NCBI GenBank assembly: GCA_022813865.1
Contig: JALDZX010000058.1
Location: 1-64,000, forward strand
DNA: 64,000 nucleotides
From: Xylographa opegraphella
Lineage: Eukaryota
Reading direction: 5' to 3'
Positions 1 to 12,935 of the stretch are shown piece by piece (position 1 is the first letter of the stretch; every line of letters starts with the position of its first letter). The notes beneath the pieces were generated by a model, which worked only from the letters and a program-made list of their open reading frames with translations, made no database searches and was not told where the DNA came from. Position numbers and translations under genes: made by a program.

Positions 1-148
1 GTAGGGTTTCGGCGCGGGGGTGTGCATTGGCATCGGGCCGTGCATTAACCCGGGAAAACTCCTAGCCGCCGCTCCTAAGCGCTTATCTTAAGCGACACCA
101 GTGCAGCGCAGTGAGACTGCAGAATGCGTTATGCTTAATAGGTATTCC

Positions 149-294
149 GCCGCAACCTACTGTATACATCTATTAAGTTCCGCAGAGACACATTCAATTT
201 AAAGTGAACGGGGCATGAGAGGCCGCAACCTACTGTATACATCTATTAAGTTCCACAAAGACACATTCAATTTAAAGGGAACGGGGCATGAGAG
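149..294. repeat. Direct tandem duplication, 2 x 73 bp
   Basis: GCCGCAACCTACTGTATACATCTATTAAGTTCC...GGGGCATGAGAG at 149-221 and 222-294; 3 substitutions between copies. Confidence 0.95.
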
Positions 295-470
295 ACCATA
301 GTGATTGCCCATAATGATATTGCGCAGGCACAGCTTCAACTAACAATCATTCCACATACATACTATTTCAAGGGTATACAAAATCGTTGCGCCAGCTTTC
401 TAAGCTACCAAGTGATTTTACTCCGGATCCCCCTTTCCGTGATCGTAGAACCGTCAATCGTTAGCATATG

Positions 471-2490
471 TCAGAGTCCAAAGCCTTGATGGATATCATG
501 CATATCATAGAGCGAGTGATTCAGGATGTCACTCTCCGGCTCAACGAACTGCACCATCCTCCATATTGTCTGTACAGCTAACATACTCTTCTCTCCAAAC
601 GGATCAAGCTTCCATCCTCTCACAAATGGAATCTGCTTCAGCTTGAATTTGTCACTGTTATCGTGCCGCGTCTTACCGTTGCCGCCCCAGCACACAACGG
701 AGAGATGCGACCGATTACCAAGGCCGTAGCCGTTCTCCATAGCATCCATATCGCTGAGTTCAAATATCTGCTGCGTCATCCGTTGCAGCTGGTGCTCATA
801 TAATCGAAGTGTCGGAGTGATACGGGTGACACTACCGACAAAGGATTCCCGTGTTGAAGGCCATCGGCGAATATTAAGAGTTCTAAGGTTGTGGAGCTTA
901 AGTGTATGAGACTGGTGACAATCATTAGTGATCAATTTCAACAACGTAATGTAAAGTCCTGAACGTACTCTGAATGCTAAGAACTCAGGGCTTGTAGCGG
1001 GATGCTCGACCGTCGTCTTCGGGAACATGATGGACAGTTGCCGGAGTTGAGAGCAAGCTGTACATAGCTTCTCGTAGTCCTGCTCCGAGTACGTATGAAT
1101 AGCGTCCCGCGTTTGCTGGCTGTGGATGGACAATGAAGTAAGTGTTTTCTTGTGCAATGTTATAGGACCCACCTTGGGCAAACTCCGCATGCGGTTTATA
1201 TATACATGCAAAGTCTCCAAGCCAGAAATGGACTCAAGGAGACCATTGAAAGCTTCCAAGGCGTGGGGTTCGCTCTTATCGTCGTCCATCCAACGTAAAC
1301 TCCTCAGATGGGGAGGACGGAATTGCGGCTTAGAAAGTTGGGCGAAAAGGACTTCTGCTCCGGCACAGTTTCGTATTTCCATCTTTTCGAGAACATTGAA
1401 TTTTATCACTTTCAGCCATGTATCATTGGCATACTGTTGTTCTTATCAGTACTAATTTACACGAAGAACAATTTATGATGAGACTTTCCCTCAACGCAAC
1501 TGTGTCAAGATCTAAATTCTTTAAGTGAAATGGCTTGCATTTGTCGAACGGTTGCATGTGACTGAAAAGTGTCCTGCTTATTAGTCCCGGCCGGATACTG
1601 GAGTCATGAAGGTCGTCCGGATCTTCGTTCGAGTATTCGAAGCCGGTCGAGATGCATAGGTGCTCAATGTCTGGTTTGGCTTGTAATAACTTCTGTGAGG
1701 CTGTCAACCTGTCTAATGTGTCTGGATAGACATCAATGCTGTTCAGTTCTGTCAATTTATCAAATATATCGGGGTGTTTCTCTAAGACAGGAGCCAGAGG
1801 CCGATCCATCGGGCCAATCTCGAGAACGCGTAAGGATCGCTGTTTTTTGCAAAGTAGTAAGAAGTTATCCACGGATAATGGCTCCCAATTCTGCCAGCTA
1901 GGTTTTGATTTGTGTTAGTTCTGACAACAAATTTTCATCTCTCAGAACCACCATGTTGTGAAGCCAGAAAAACTTAGCGGTATTAGGTTGCAGTGATTCG
2001 GGCAACCACGCATCGGGAGGCCATACCTGAAGATATTTAAAATATCCTTTGGCAGAAAGTCAAGCAGTAGTCTGACGGTAAATTGAGCTTGCCGTGCTGG
2101 AATTGTAGCGCTCTCCTCCACCTCCTCTTCCTCTGAAGAATCATCCGAGTGATAATGTCTGTGCTTATCCTGGATAACCATTTTCTCAAGCCTCAAGAAT
2201 ATTTCCCGGATATGAGGTATTCCCGGATTACCAGCGCCCAAGAATGCACTCAAGCGCATATCCTGAGGACCACCAACGAAGAGATGTATGCTTCGGTATA
2301 GTATGGGCGTTGAGATGTCCCGAAGCTCTTTACTTCCAAGGCAAAGATTCTTGAGGTCCGTTGGGCGGTCAATCTAGTTCACTTATCAATCCTGCTCAAA
2401 ACATGTCGAGGGCAGCTTGCGACTTCTTACAAAGCTTATGATGGTATGCTTGATGTCCAAAGGCAAGTCTTTGAATTGCGGTAGTTTCAT
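471..2490 (-). CDS. F-box-like protein with LRR/RNI-like C-terminal region (multi-exon)
   Basis: ATG at 2490 gives MKLPQFKDLPLDIKHTIISF|IDRPTDLKNLCLGSKELRDISTPILYRSI, an F-box-like pattern. Exons continue through ORFs 1942-2259, 1423-1872 and 471-1409 with LxxLxL repeats, separated by GT-AG introns. Confidence 0.7.
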
Positions 2491-3179
2491 ATTGTCTGAA
2501 ACCGTCCACATTGATTTCTGACCATGGGGCTGTTGCTGAATAGATCTCAAATATGTTCGAAAGCCGCTTTAGTAGAGAGGATAATAGTTGAAATAAATAA
2601 ACTAAGAGCTGTACGGAATTGGTGAAAGAGATAAAAGATGCTGGACCCTACGGCGCACCGACAGGTGAGTAATACGTGACCATCTACCAAGACTTTTGCA
2701 CTTGAAGGGCCCTTCGTCATCGTATCGATATGTAACCGGATCATTGGTGAGTACTACTCCACAATGGAGGAAATGAACAAGGGTCGCATTGCATATACAA
2801 TATTGAGCCTTGCAGTGGGCACGATTGTTTCACATAACTGACAGACCTGGCCGCATTCACGATGAGAGATCTGAGATTGAGTGAGCAACAGTGACTCTGC
2901 ACGCATCAAGCCTACAACCAGCCTGCAATAAAAGAAAAAAATTCCAGGTAGGTTGTTGGGTGGTTTCCTAACAGGACAGGTCCCCACTTGACATTGTTAT
3001 GGAACAACTATGTAAAGCTATATCTCTGCTTCCAACGGGTAGTAATCTATGCCTATACATAGCATCTCATAAGATTGTTCGTTTATGTACATAGCACGAG
3101 GTCCGGAAAAGAGCGCCTTTGCACAATATTTGACCTAACACCTCGCTGATGCAAAGTATCATTACAAGCATTCCTATAC

Positions 3180-6100
3180 TCATTTCTTGTTCTTATTTCT
3201 ATTCCCCACTCTTTCAGTCAGTCTACTGAAGTTGCCCAAACTCGACTTCGGTTTGTGAGTTGGCGCCGGCTGTCGTGGTACCGTACTTCCTGCTGCGCTT
3301 GACGGCCGAATTGGCTGTGCAGGAACGTCTGGCAAAGCCTTTTCTTTGACAGGTCCAGCGGTAGTGCTCGGAACTGAAGCCCCGTCGTCTGCTGAGTTCT
3401 GTAACCTGGAAGCGCGCCTGGCTTTCTCTTGCACGCTCTTGAACTTTTCAAGCAATTCTACCCACCGAATAGCACTTTCATCCCTTGTCTTGAGACGGTT
3501 AGGACGGTCGAATGCTGCTGTAGGGGTTGGAGGAGGGCTTTGTAATTCGTGTTAGCGTCATATGAACGTGAAGAGATGTTTCAGCAGGGTGCATACGCTC
3601 GGGGGGGAATATGAAGATAACCTATGGCGCTCACACTATTGAGCCGGTTCTTAAGTGCTGCAAAAGCCGACGACTGTGGTAGCAACATGAGGAGCCCATA
3701 AAGACACTTGTAAAGATGAGGGTATTTCTCCGGCTCAAGCAGTTGCAGTCTCAGATCTGCTTCTTTTTAGTATATATAATAACTTTAGAAGACCAACTTA
3801 CAAGTGAATACAGGAGATTCCAAGAGCTGCACCAATTTGTCAATCTGAATGAGCATGTTGAGCGTCATCTCTAATTCGGCACTTTTAAAATCAGCAGCGG
3901 TAGGTTGGTGATGTTAGCATAGACTAACAAGATTTGCAGCAGACTGTACGCCTGCTCGTAAGCCTGTGCAAGCAAGCAGAGTGAGAACGTTGCGACCGCA
4001 TTGTAACACCATGATCGAAAAAGAGCAACGAAGAAGGTTTGGCCATCCTTGTATTGTTAGTAAACTTCATTTAACTGTGGTATCATTAAAGAGCTTTACT
4101 CGAGTCTCAAGATTCCTTAAACGTTTACGCAAATCCGTAAGCTCCGGTGCAGTTATTAGATTGTTATTCAGATTTTGAACCATTATGCTGGCAAATTCAA
4201 CATCCTAAAGGCAAGTTCAGATTGTGTAACGAAGTGACATGACGGACTAACCTCATCCTTTTCCAGACAATCAGCCAGCGTTCTATATATTCGTTCTGCA
4301 CTTAAGCTAACGCATAGTTGTCGTATAATTAGGTTACCCCGAGTCTCGAGTAGTTTCCGATCAGTACAGAAGAGCTGCAAGAGGTTTACCATGAAGGAAG
4401 AAAAGTATCCGTCTTCGCTATTCCGTGAGATTTGGGAGAGCAACTGCAAATCCCGAGTAACCACAGCCTCCGATGGATCCGACAATGTTTTGAGAAGCGC
4501 TGGGAAGGTTCCGTCGTTGGTCGCCAAAACTTTCCGTGGGGCTTTCCGGTGCAACATGATCAGCCATGCTAGCGCCGCAACCCTGGTTGCCTCATGTTCG
4601 TTCAAAAAGTGTAGCGTCAGCGTCCCAACTGCCGCTCCATAGTCTAGATCTGAACTTGGTCTTGGTGGTGTCGGGGAGGCTGATAAGGGAGGCGTCGGTA
4701 AGACCGGTTCCTCTTCCTTCTTGTTTTCCGCCTCCTGATCTGTAGAAGGCATAAACTTTGGGTTGACCAATGAATTCTGCCTAGTCTTTCCCTCGACTTC
4801 CTTGAAGCTAGTGGTAGGGATGCGAGATGGAGGCGGTGGCCGGGCGTCTTCCAAGTTTGCCTCATCCGGTAGGGATACAATGTACTCCATTAACGAGTTA
4901 TTGACACGATTTGCAGCTTGTCGTACTTGCTCGACACCGCTAGCCATTGTTGGCAGTACTTGAGATAGGAGTCGTGGTACAAATGCAAGAATATCTTCTG
5001 GACAGATCTCGAAGAAGCTGTCGATCCATCGGAGAGATGTGAGTTGAATTTCTTCTTCTATTGCAATCACTTAGCAATTAAGTTTGTCACTCCGGGGCTG
5101 CTGAAGTTGCTTACCAGAAACTGGGTCTAGAAAGGTTACGAGTATCTCCAATATTTTGGCATGATCAACTTGGACATCTTGTCCCGGGACCCAATCACCA
5201 TCCACGTCTCTATGTGAGTCTTCTGTCTCGGAGCCGCCATCAATAATGTCGGACTTGCCATTCAATGTACTCCGATCTGTGCCGTCACTGGTTCCGTCAC
5301 TCGAGCTGATGACATTTTTGATCTTCCCATCGCTTTGACTTCTGCGGCTCTCTGAAATTCCGCGTTTGATTTTTGCAATTTTTCTGATTTCGTTGAGGAA
5401 TCTTTCGAGAGCGCCTTGTGTTGCTACATGGACGTCCCGGTTTGGATCGCTTAAGAATTTGAACAAACCTCCAAGGAAAGCAGGTAAGTATGAAACGAGC
5501 TCCAAATCAGGAACAGTATCTAGTAGAGTAACCCATGATACAAGAAAAGTACGAGTAAAAGGATTGATAACATGGATTCGTTCTTGAAGTAACGGTATAA
5601 ATTTCGGAAGAGAGAAAGCCATTGGTAAGTCTAAGGACGACTCGGTCGAATCTCCACTATCTTTTGGCTCGGTAACCGCGACTTCTCCAGGTATTTGCAT
5701 TACAGAAACGTATGTAGACGCCGACTCCGACACAATGTCCTTGACTAAGCGATCGAGAAGTTCCGCCCCGTTCTTAACAGATAGCTCCGAATCAGCTGCA
5801 AGCTATACGATTAGTTAGCAGGTAGAAGACACCGTGAGTACTTTTCAGGACCTTGCACAACGCATCGAAAACAACATTGAAGAACAATAGTATTTCTCCT
5901 TTGGCGACCTTTGCAATATTGTACATGCTTTCGCAGGCATAATAACGCACCCGCGCATCCTGATCCGCAAAGCATGCCAGAACAGGAGGGACAATTTCTT
6001 TAAGATATCGCGCGACTTCATCCTGTATATTGGTTGAGCAAGAGACTGCCATACTGCACCATCACGCTTGAACATACGGATCCAAGTGCAATGGACGTTG

Positions 6101-6358
6101 CTGCAAGACCTATAAGACCTCCATTTCTAGCATGTGGTTGGTGGACCGCATATGCATAATCATGGCATAGCTGGTCTACTATCTTGGCTATCTTTTCATG
6201 TTCCTGGTTGGCACTGGCTTCACGGACGATTCTTTCTAGACTTGGAGGTGGTGTTAGCAAGAATGTAGGTAGCACAAGAGCCACACATACTCGAGAGCTC
6301 CCTGCTTTCTCTTGTCGTATAGCTTATCGTTGAGTAAACGCTGCACAGAAGGATCCAT
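3180..6358 (-). CDS. VAC14: Vacuole morphology and inheritance protein 14 (HEAT-repeat scaffold of the Fab1/PIKfyve complex), multi-exon
   Basis: [112 protein letters not shown]; exons join at canonical splice sites. Confidence 0.96.
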
Positions 6359-7868
6359 CGTTGCGGCCAAAGATTAATTTAATCGAACATGCCGACTGGA
6401 AAATTATCTCTGGTACGTTCGAATAGCACGTGACATTGCTTGACTCCAATAGAAGAATTCATATCAGCGATGCTCTAGGTAGGTAACTGTGCTGTGTCAT
6501 ACCTTACGAAGCTCAGCAGCTTGAGCACTACTTTGGAGCCGACTACCAATAATCCGTATTGACGCGTCAAAACATGGCGGGGCAGTAGGGCTAGAATATA
6601 GGATAAGACTACAGCCGGGAGGCGGGCAACCGCTGTCAAGCTAGACCTACTCGGTAACTTTGTGTAATAATTGGGCACTATCGGCGCACTCCTCAGGCGG
6701 CATTGCAGAGAAACAAGTACGATCTCCTGCTTGGATGGTTCTGGCTCTTAAGCTGAAGGCCCTGTGAAAAGATGCTCATATCGCTTCAGAAAAAAATAGC
6801 GACTGTATTGCTGGGCAGGACGACCACTGTGTCTGTAGTATTTTCGAGTGCAAATCCATGCCCTTGCTCGATACACTGGTGAACGAGGACTGCCTCTGAA
6901 TCTACAAATCTATTTATTCGTACTTAGTGGAGAGGCGTTCGGCCATAGCTGACCTTGGCCGCTCCGAGACAAAGGTTATGGTGCATCTACGTGAATCACT
7001 TGACGGTATGCAAGTTTTGCTTCTGAGGCCGAAAGCTACAGTGAAATAGAGGACCTGTATTTAATATCCCTCAGCGGTCTCTAAAAAGACTTTTCGTGTA
7101 ACTTGACCAATGACATGGCTGCGAGGACAGATTGCATTATTGCCAGACGCTTACGTTCTAGTGCCCAGCACTCGGATCTGGCAGCGGAAGACGATGAACA
7201 CTTTAAGAGGCTCGAGGGGGTACTGGTCAAAGAGCTTCAGCTTACCGCATAGAGTGGAGTGAGCTTTTGCACAGAGCCTGTGAGCACAGCAACATGGTGA
7301 TACTTCCAAGAGGACGAAGGCGTCAAAACATGCGAAGGAAGTCCTTGTCGCAAGGGAGAAGAGCCTTGGATGGTTCCGCGAGGGAACAATCATTCCAGCG
7401 GAAACCTTACTTGCTGCAAAGCTCGTACTCGAAGTGCTAACGCAAGGTACGGAACGGAAAGGAAATGAGAGAAAAGGTAGTATTGGCACAGCAAGATGCA
7501 ATCATCAGACCAATGTACAGTGTTAGGGTGAATTAGAATGGATCCCGCAGCACGAGATCCTCAAAAGCAGTCGAGGTTGCATTGTGTTGGATATCATTGG
7601 CTCTCATTGGCATGTTTTCGGAGACGCGGAAGGCCCAGGATCTTAGGGAAGCCATAGCACTTGACAAAGCACTCACCAGCAGAAAGAACGTGTGGCACCC
7701 TTTGTGAACATACGAGTGTGCATATAATAGAAACACAACGTATCGTGACCCCTCGCGATAAATGCCAGCAAAGAAGCCGCCAACACCGTCGCTCAGCGCA
7801 AATGACCCTCCAAGTGTGCCCTAGATGTCCGAAGCTAGAATCGAAGCACATCTGCGTCTAAAGGTGCT

Positions 7869-8152
7869 TCATCGCCCCTTCGTCCCTTCGCGCTGACCGC
7901 CAATCTCCCGTATCTGGATCTTGTTTGCCCACTTGTTGCTTCGCTGTGATCCACTCCCGGAGAAGCTGGGTGTTGTGTGTATATACTCGCCGTCTATGTA
8001 CTGTGCTTCGAATTCGGATTTGTTCTTGCGTCGGGTGTAGCGTTGCTCGAGGCGGTAGAGCTCGAGCTCTAGGGACTGTCAGTAATGTGGTGGGGAATCA
8101 GCGCAGGCTGTGATGCAAACGCACTCTCTTGCACTCTCTCGAGGAAACCCAT
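7869..8152 (-). CDS. Small two-exon protein (75 aa), unknown function; not in ORF track
   Basis: Exon 1 8152-8125, 56-nt intron 8124-8069 (GTGCGT...ACTGAC...CCTAG), exon 2 8068-7869. Product: MGFLERVQEKLELYRLEQRYTRRKNKSEFEAQYIDGEYIHTTPSFSGSGSQRSNKWANKIQIREIGGQREGTKGR. Confidence 0.8.
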
Positions 8153-9562
8153 TTTAGGAAGGGATGATCGGTTCGAGTTTGATATCCCGAATTAAGAAAA
8201 GGAAATGTCTGTTTCAAACAGCGGAGAGAGAGGGTGATGAACTTCCAGGCCTGACGATGAATCCTACGACGAGCACGTGCAGCAAGGGGCTTGTTTCGTA
8301 GTGCGCAGGCATCAATTGAGAACGGCACAACGAGAAACAGGTGGTCCGAGCTTGCTACATTAGAAGCTCAAGCACGACCGTCGTAGAATTGGAACACGGA
8401 ACTGGTAGTACGTCGTAAATTCCAGAACGAGTGAGAATGGTGGGAGGAGGGAAAAGGGTGTCTTGGAAAAGAAAGTGATCGGCCCTAGGTACAAGTACTC
8501 CGTACTGTGGTTCCTTATCCTAGCCAGGCGAGCCAAGGCCGGAACGCCTTGGCGGGAGGCCAACCACGATTTTCCCCGGATCCCGGAGAACAGGATATGG
8601 AAGGAACTGCCGAGTTTCGGTCGGTCATCCGTGGTACCGGGTCTGGACCGAAAAAGCTTCTGGAAGGCAGCACGTGCTTAGGGTATTCGGATACGCAACG
8701 CTCAGCCGCGCTCTGCCACAATGTCAGAGCCAAACTTTTGGCACATCATGAGCGGACATAATACTACTGATTGAGCATGATTATCGACCGTACAGCGAAA
8801 TAATATTGGTATCGAGTCACAACTGCGTATTGCGTTCTGCCACCCGCAAGCCTTGACTTGCTAGCTGCGAAAATAGGTCGAAGTTACAGAAAATGGACTT
8901 TGTTTGGGGAGAGCTGACTTTCGATATGTTGAGTAGGTAGACATAAGCTGGATCTGCTACTCAGTCAACTCGCAGGTACACGTTGAGCGTCGACTGTCTC
9001 AAGCGATTGCGGTCCCTAAGGATGCATTTGCCTGCACCAACAATGTACCCTCTCTCGCTTTCTATCTCTTCCAAACAAAGTACGATCGTGTACCCATTCA
9101 TCTTCTTTAGAGTTCTTACTCTCTTGCAGTCCACCGATCCGCAGTCCATAAAACCTGCCGGAAAATACAATTTCGGATCCGCGACTCCCTGCCCTGTTAC
9201 CGCATAGTCCGCTTGAACAAATCCATATCCTAACGCGAGGTCTTCGCCACGTCCAGTGTGCCCCGAGATCCCCAACCACGAACAGGGCGTCTTTATCCTC
9301 CCCAAGCCCATGGTCCATACAATTCTTTTTAGACCTGTAACCCATTGTCCTCTCCGAAAGCCTATTGTTTCTTCTCACAACCCCATTGTTCCCTCCAGAA
9401 GCCCATTGTCCTCCCTCATCAATCCCCTCCTCTTTATCCCCCAACAAACCCCTTATCCCCTCCCATCTATCTCCCAACAAAACCTCTCATCTTTCCCCCT
9501 CTTCTACACGAACTCTCCCTCCTTCCTTCAAACCCTACCCCAAGAACCCACAAACATTCATC

Positions 9563-9829
9563 ATGTGCCAAATCCACTTCGCACGATACCTCAGCCAGCA
9601 CTGCGGCCACCGCAAACGCATCGGCTACGACTACTGCAGCCGATATCCAAATTGTACAGAGACGGCGACGGTGAAGTTCGAGGCTGGGCTGTGCCCGGAC
9701 TGCGTCGCGCGCTGGGTGCGCGACTATCACGAGGTGATGGCGCCCGAGCTGGAGGCCGCGAGGGCTCCACAGCGGCGGGCGGGCTGGAGGTGGGAAGGAT
9801 GCGGGTGGGTTTGGAATGACGGTTCGTGA
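9563..9829 (+). CDS. Small Cys/His-rich protein (88 aa), putative zinc-binding
   Basis: ATG at 9563 after a C/A-rich leader. MCQIHFARYLSQHCGHRKRIGYDYCSRYPNC...GLCPDCVARW shows the MC...CGH...C...C...CxxC pattern, with strong GC3 codon bias. Confidence 0.75.
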   Translation: MCQIHFARYLSQHCGHRKRIGYDYCSRYPNCTETATVKFEAGLCPDCVARWVRDYHEVMAPELEAARAPQRRAGWRWEGCGWVWNDGS

Positions 9830-10212
9830 GAACACCGTTCTAGAATAGATAGATATGATGAAGAAGGTTGAGAAGATGCTTTCAGGTTTCCTAATGATGA
9901 CTGTGATGTGGATGTATAGGAAGTGGTGAATCGAGTTCAGGTCGGATAAGTGTAGGGGATTCAACGGTAAGCGCATGTTCGGCATTGATGCCTCATCGAT
10001 CAGTTTACAGAACTCTGTATGTGAGTTTTGAACGGATGTGTGGTACCTTAAAGGTCGCTTGCACAGGAAAGATCCCGAATCGGTATAGGGGAAGCATGCG
10101 CCTTATACTCTCCTCGTTACGCGGCACGGGTCCTGGCTTGAGCCATGTGTCGTGTCGGAAGGTATCTTTTGACGCTATCGCATCACCATATCTGGTAGCC
10201 ACCTAACCAGGC

Positions 10213-12619
10213 CTAAGCCCGCCTATCATCGAGATCATTCCTTTTCGCCCCCTCATCTCGTTCCTCGTTGTCACCCTCGCCGTCCTCGTCTGTAGGTGAC
10301 GTCTCTTGCACACTCCACAACTCGGCGTAGAGCCCGCCCTTGTCGATAAGCTCATTGTGTGTCCCGCTTTCGGCTACCTGTCCACCCTGGAGCACGATAA
10401 TGATGTCGCTGTCGTAAATCGTCCGCAATCGATGTGCGACAAAAACGCTAGTGCGAGCTTTCTCGCGAATAATGCTACGGATATTTTGTAGGACTTCTTG
10501 CTCGGTATGAGTATCGAGTGCGGAAGTCTATGAAATGTCAGTATGAATATAAAGTTGAAATTGCAATACTTACAGCTTCGTCAAAGAACAATAAAGGCGG
10601 ATCCTTCAAGATAAGTCTCGAGACTGCTAATCTCTGCTTTTCTCCGCCAGATATCATCATACCTCGCTCCCCAACCATCGTTCTATATCCCGCAGGAAGG
10701 CTTTCTATGATTTCATGGATCTGGGCGCGTTTTGCCGCATTAAGCACTTTCTCCGGAGGTGCCTCCATGTCGCCGTAGCGGATGTTGTGCTCAATAGTAT
10801 TGTTAAACAATGGGGTATCCTGAGGTACCACCCCTATAGCTTTGCGAAGACTTTGCAAACTCACTTCTCGAATATCTTGATCATCAATGATTACTCGTCC
10901 TTCCTGCACATCGTAGAAGCGGAACAAAAGGCGGAGGATGGTTGATTTTCCGCAGCCACTGGGTCCAACTATCGCAACTTTCTTTCCGGCGGGTATTGAA
11001 AGACTGAGGTTCTTCAAAATTGGTCTGTCTGGGTGATAGCCGAAAGTGACATTCTCGAAACGAATTTCGCCTCCTTTGGTCAGCTGGAGTGCCTTAGGGT
11101 TGGCGGGCTCTTTGACAGCTATGTTAACCTTCTGTAGATTGAAAAGCGTCTCCATGTCAAGTAGTGACTGTCTCAGTTCTCGATATACGGATCCTAGAAA
11201 ATTAAGTGGTACCGATAATTGAAAAACAAGCTGGTTGACCATCACCAAGTCTCCAACGGTAAGTGTTCCATTTGCCACGCCATCAGCCGCGAAATACATC
11301 ATGGCAGCGAGGGCGCTGGAGAATATAACGTTCTGACCTGAATTGAGCAGAGCAAGAGACGTCGTAACCTTGATCGACGCTTTCTCGTAGGACTTGAGAG
11401 CTGCATCGTATCGACCAACCTCGTACTTTTCGTTATTGAAGTACTTGACGGCCTCATAGTTTATGAGAGAGTCCACAGCTACAGTGGCGCCTTCGTTGTC
11501 AGCGGCATTTGCTTGCTTTCGAAACTGCGTCCGCCAAGACGTAGTCATGATCGTGAAAGCGGTGTATGCCACCATAGTTGCAGCTGTGATAGCTGCGAAC
11601 TTGGGGCCGTATTGATAGGCCTGCTTTTAATTAGTTCCTCCATACCCTGATATCCGACAGTGCGTAACATACAAGAATACCGCACACCATGAATATCTCC
11701 AACGCAGTCGGTAAGATGTGAAAGACCATGGAGGTCAGTACAAAGCTGATACCTTTAGTACCCCGGTCTATGGCTCTTGTCAGGCCTCCTGTCTGTCTAG
11801 AAAGATGAAAATTTAGGTCCAGTCGAAGCAAGTGCTCGAAGACATTGCACGCAACCTGACGAATTGCCTTCTGTGCAACGCTTGCGAAGACCGCGTTTCG
11901 CAGCTCTTGAAAAACTGCTGCTGCTATTCTCGTGGTTCCATCTACAATGCATAAGCCTATCGCTTCAGTGACGATCATTCTTTCATACATGCCACAATCA
12001 TAGCCCCACCGACTGTCCACGCAGTCCCTCCTATTGCTGCGAAGTCGATGTTCATTGAGTCAACAATCCCTTTGAAGTAAAACGGCACCTGAACATTGAG
12101 GATCTAACTAAGTATTTAGTATTTTGAATCTCCTCGACACTCCTTCAAGAAATTCACCTTCGAGCCTATAAGCAGTGCAAAAGCTGTGCCAACCCGAAGT
12201 TTAGTCCCAAAATCGTCCTGCCGAAACAGTTAGCATGCGTACATATTCAGCATAGATTAGCGCGCCTTGGGCCATATGTATCTCGCCATCTCTTTCAAAA
12301 TCGCCCAGTCTGCCTTCCTCTGCTCCTTGTTCGACACGGTCTGCTCCGCCAGCAGAGCGTCGGTTTTAGGGGCTTCATCGGCCTTGGTGAAATGGTTTTT
12401 ATGTATGGATTCTGGCTTGATACTTTCGGCTGCCTCGGAACCTGGGGTCTTCTGGAGGTTGGTCGCATTCTTGGAAATATTCTTCTGCCACAACGTAGTA
12501 GAGCAAGTGTATATTCGAGTAGTCCGATAGCTTAACAGCCCTGGCCTAGCATTCCTTGCAGCGCACCCATAAAATTGGTTATGCAGTATACTCTGCTTTG
12601 GCAGCACTCGGAGGATCAT
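10213..12619 (-). CDS. ATM1: Mitochondrial Fe-S cluster ABC half-transporter (ABCB7/Atm1), multi-exon
   Basis: Basic N-terminal targeting region; [38 protein letters not shown]; Walker [10 protein letters not shown]; signature [27 protein letters not shown]. Confidence 0.97.
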
Positions 12620-12935
12620 AGCGCGAACAGTGAGGTTGGTCCGAATACTATCATGTACTGCCACATTCCATCATGGTCCTCAGTCTTCAGCACGTGAACC
12701 TAGACCAGTGCCACAAATCGGGGTTCGTTATACTCGAAGGTCTACGATGGAATTACACGGCCGTTAGAAAATCTCCATTGGTGATATATCTCATTTCCAA
12801 TCCAAGAATGAGGATACACAACGCGTGATTTCTATTGTGGTTACCTAGCAAAACCGTCGCTACTACCTACTCGGATCTCTTTCTGGCTTCGACCCCTGGA
12901 TGTCATCATCATCTCTTGGCATGACTAGTCTATTC

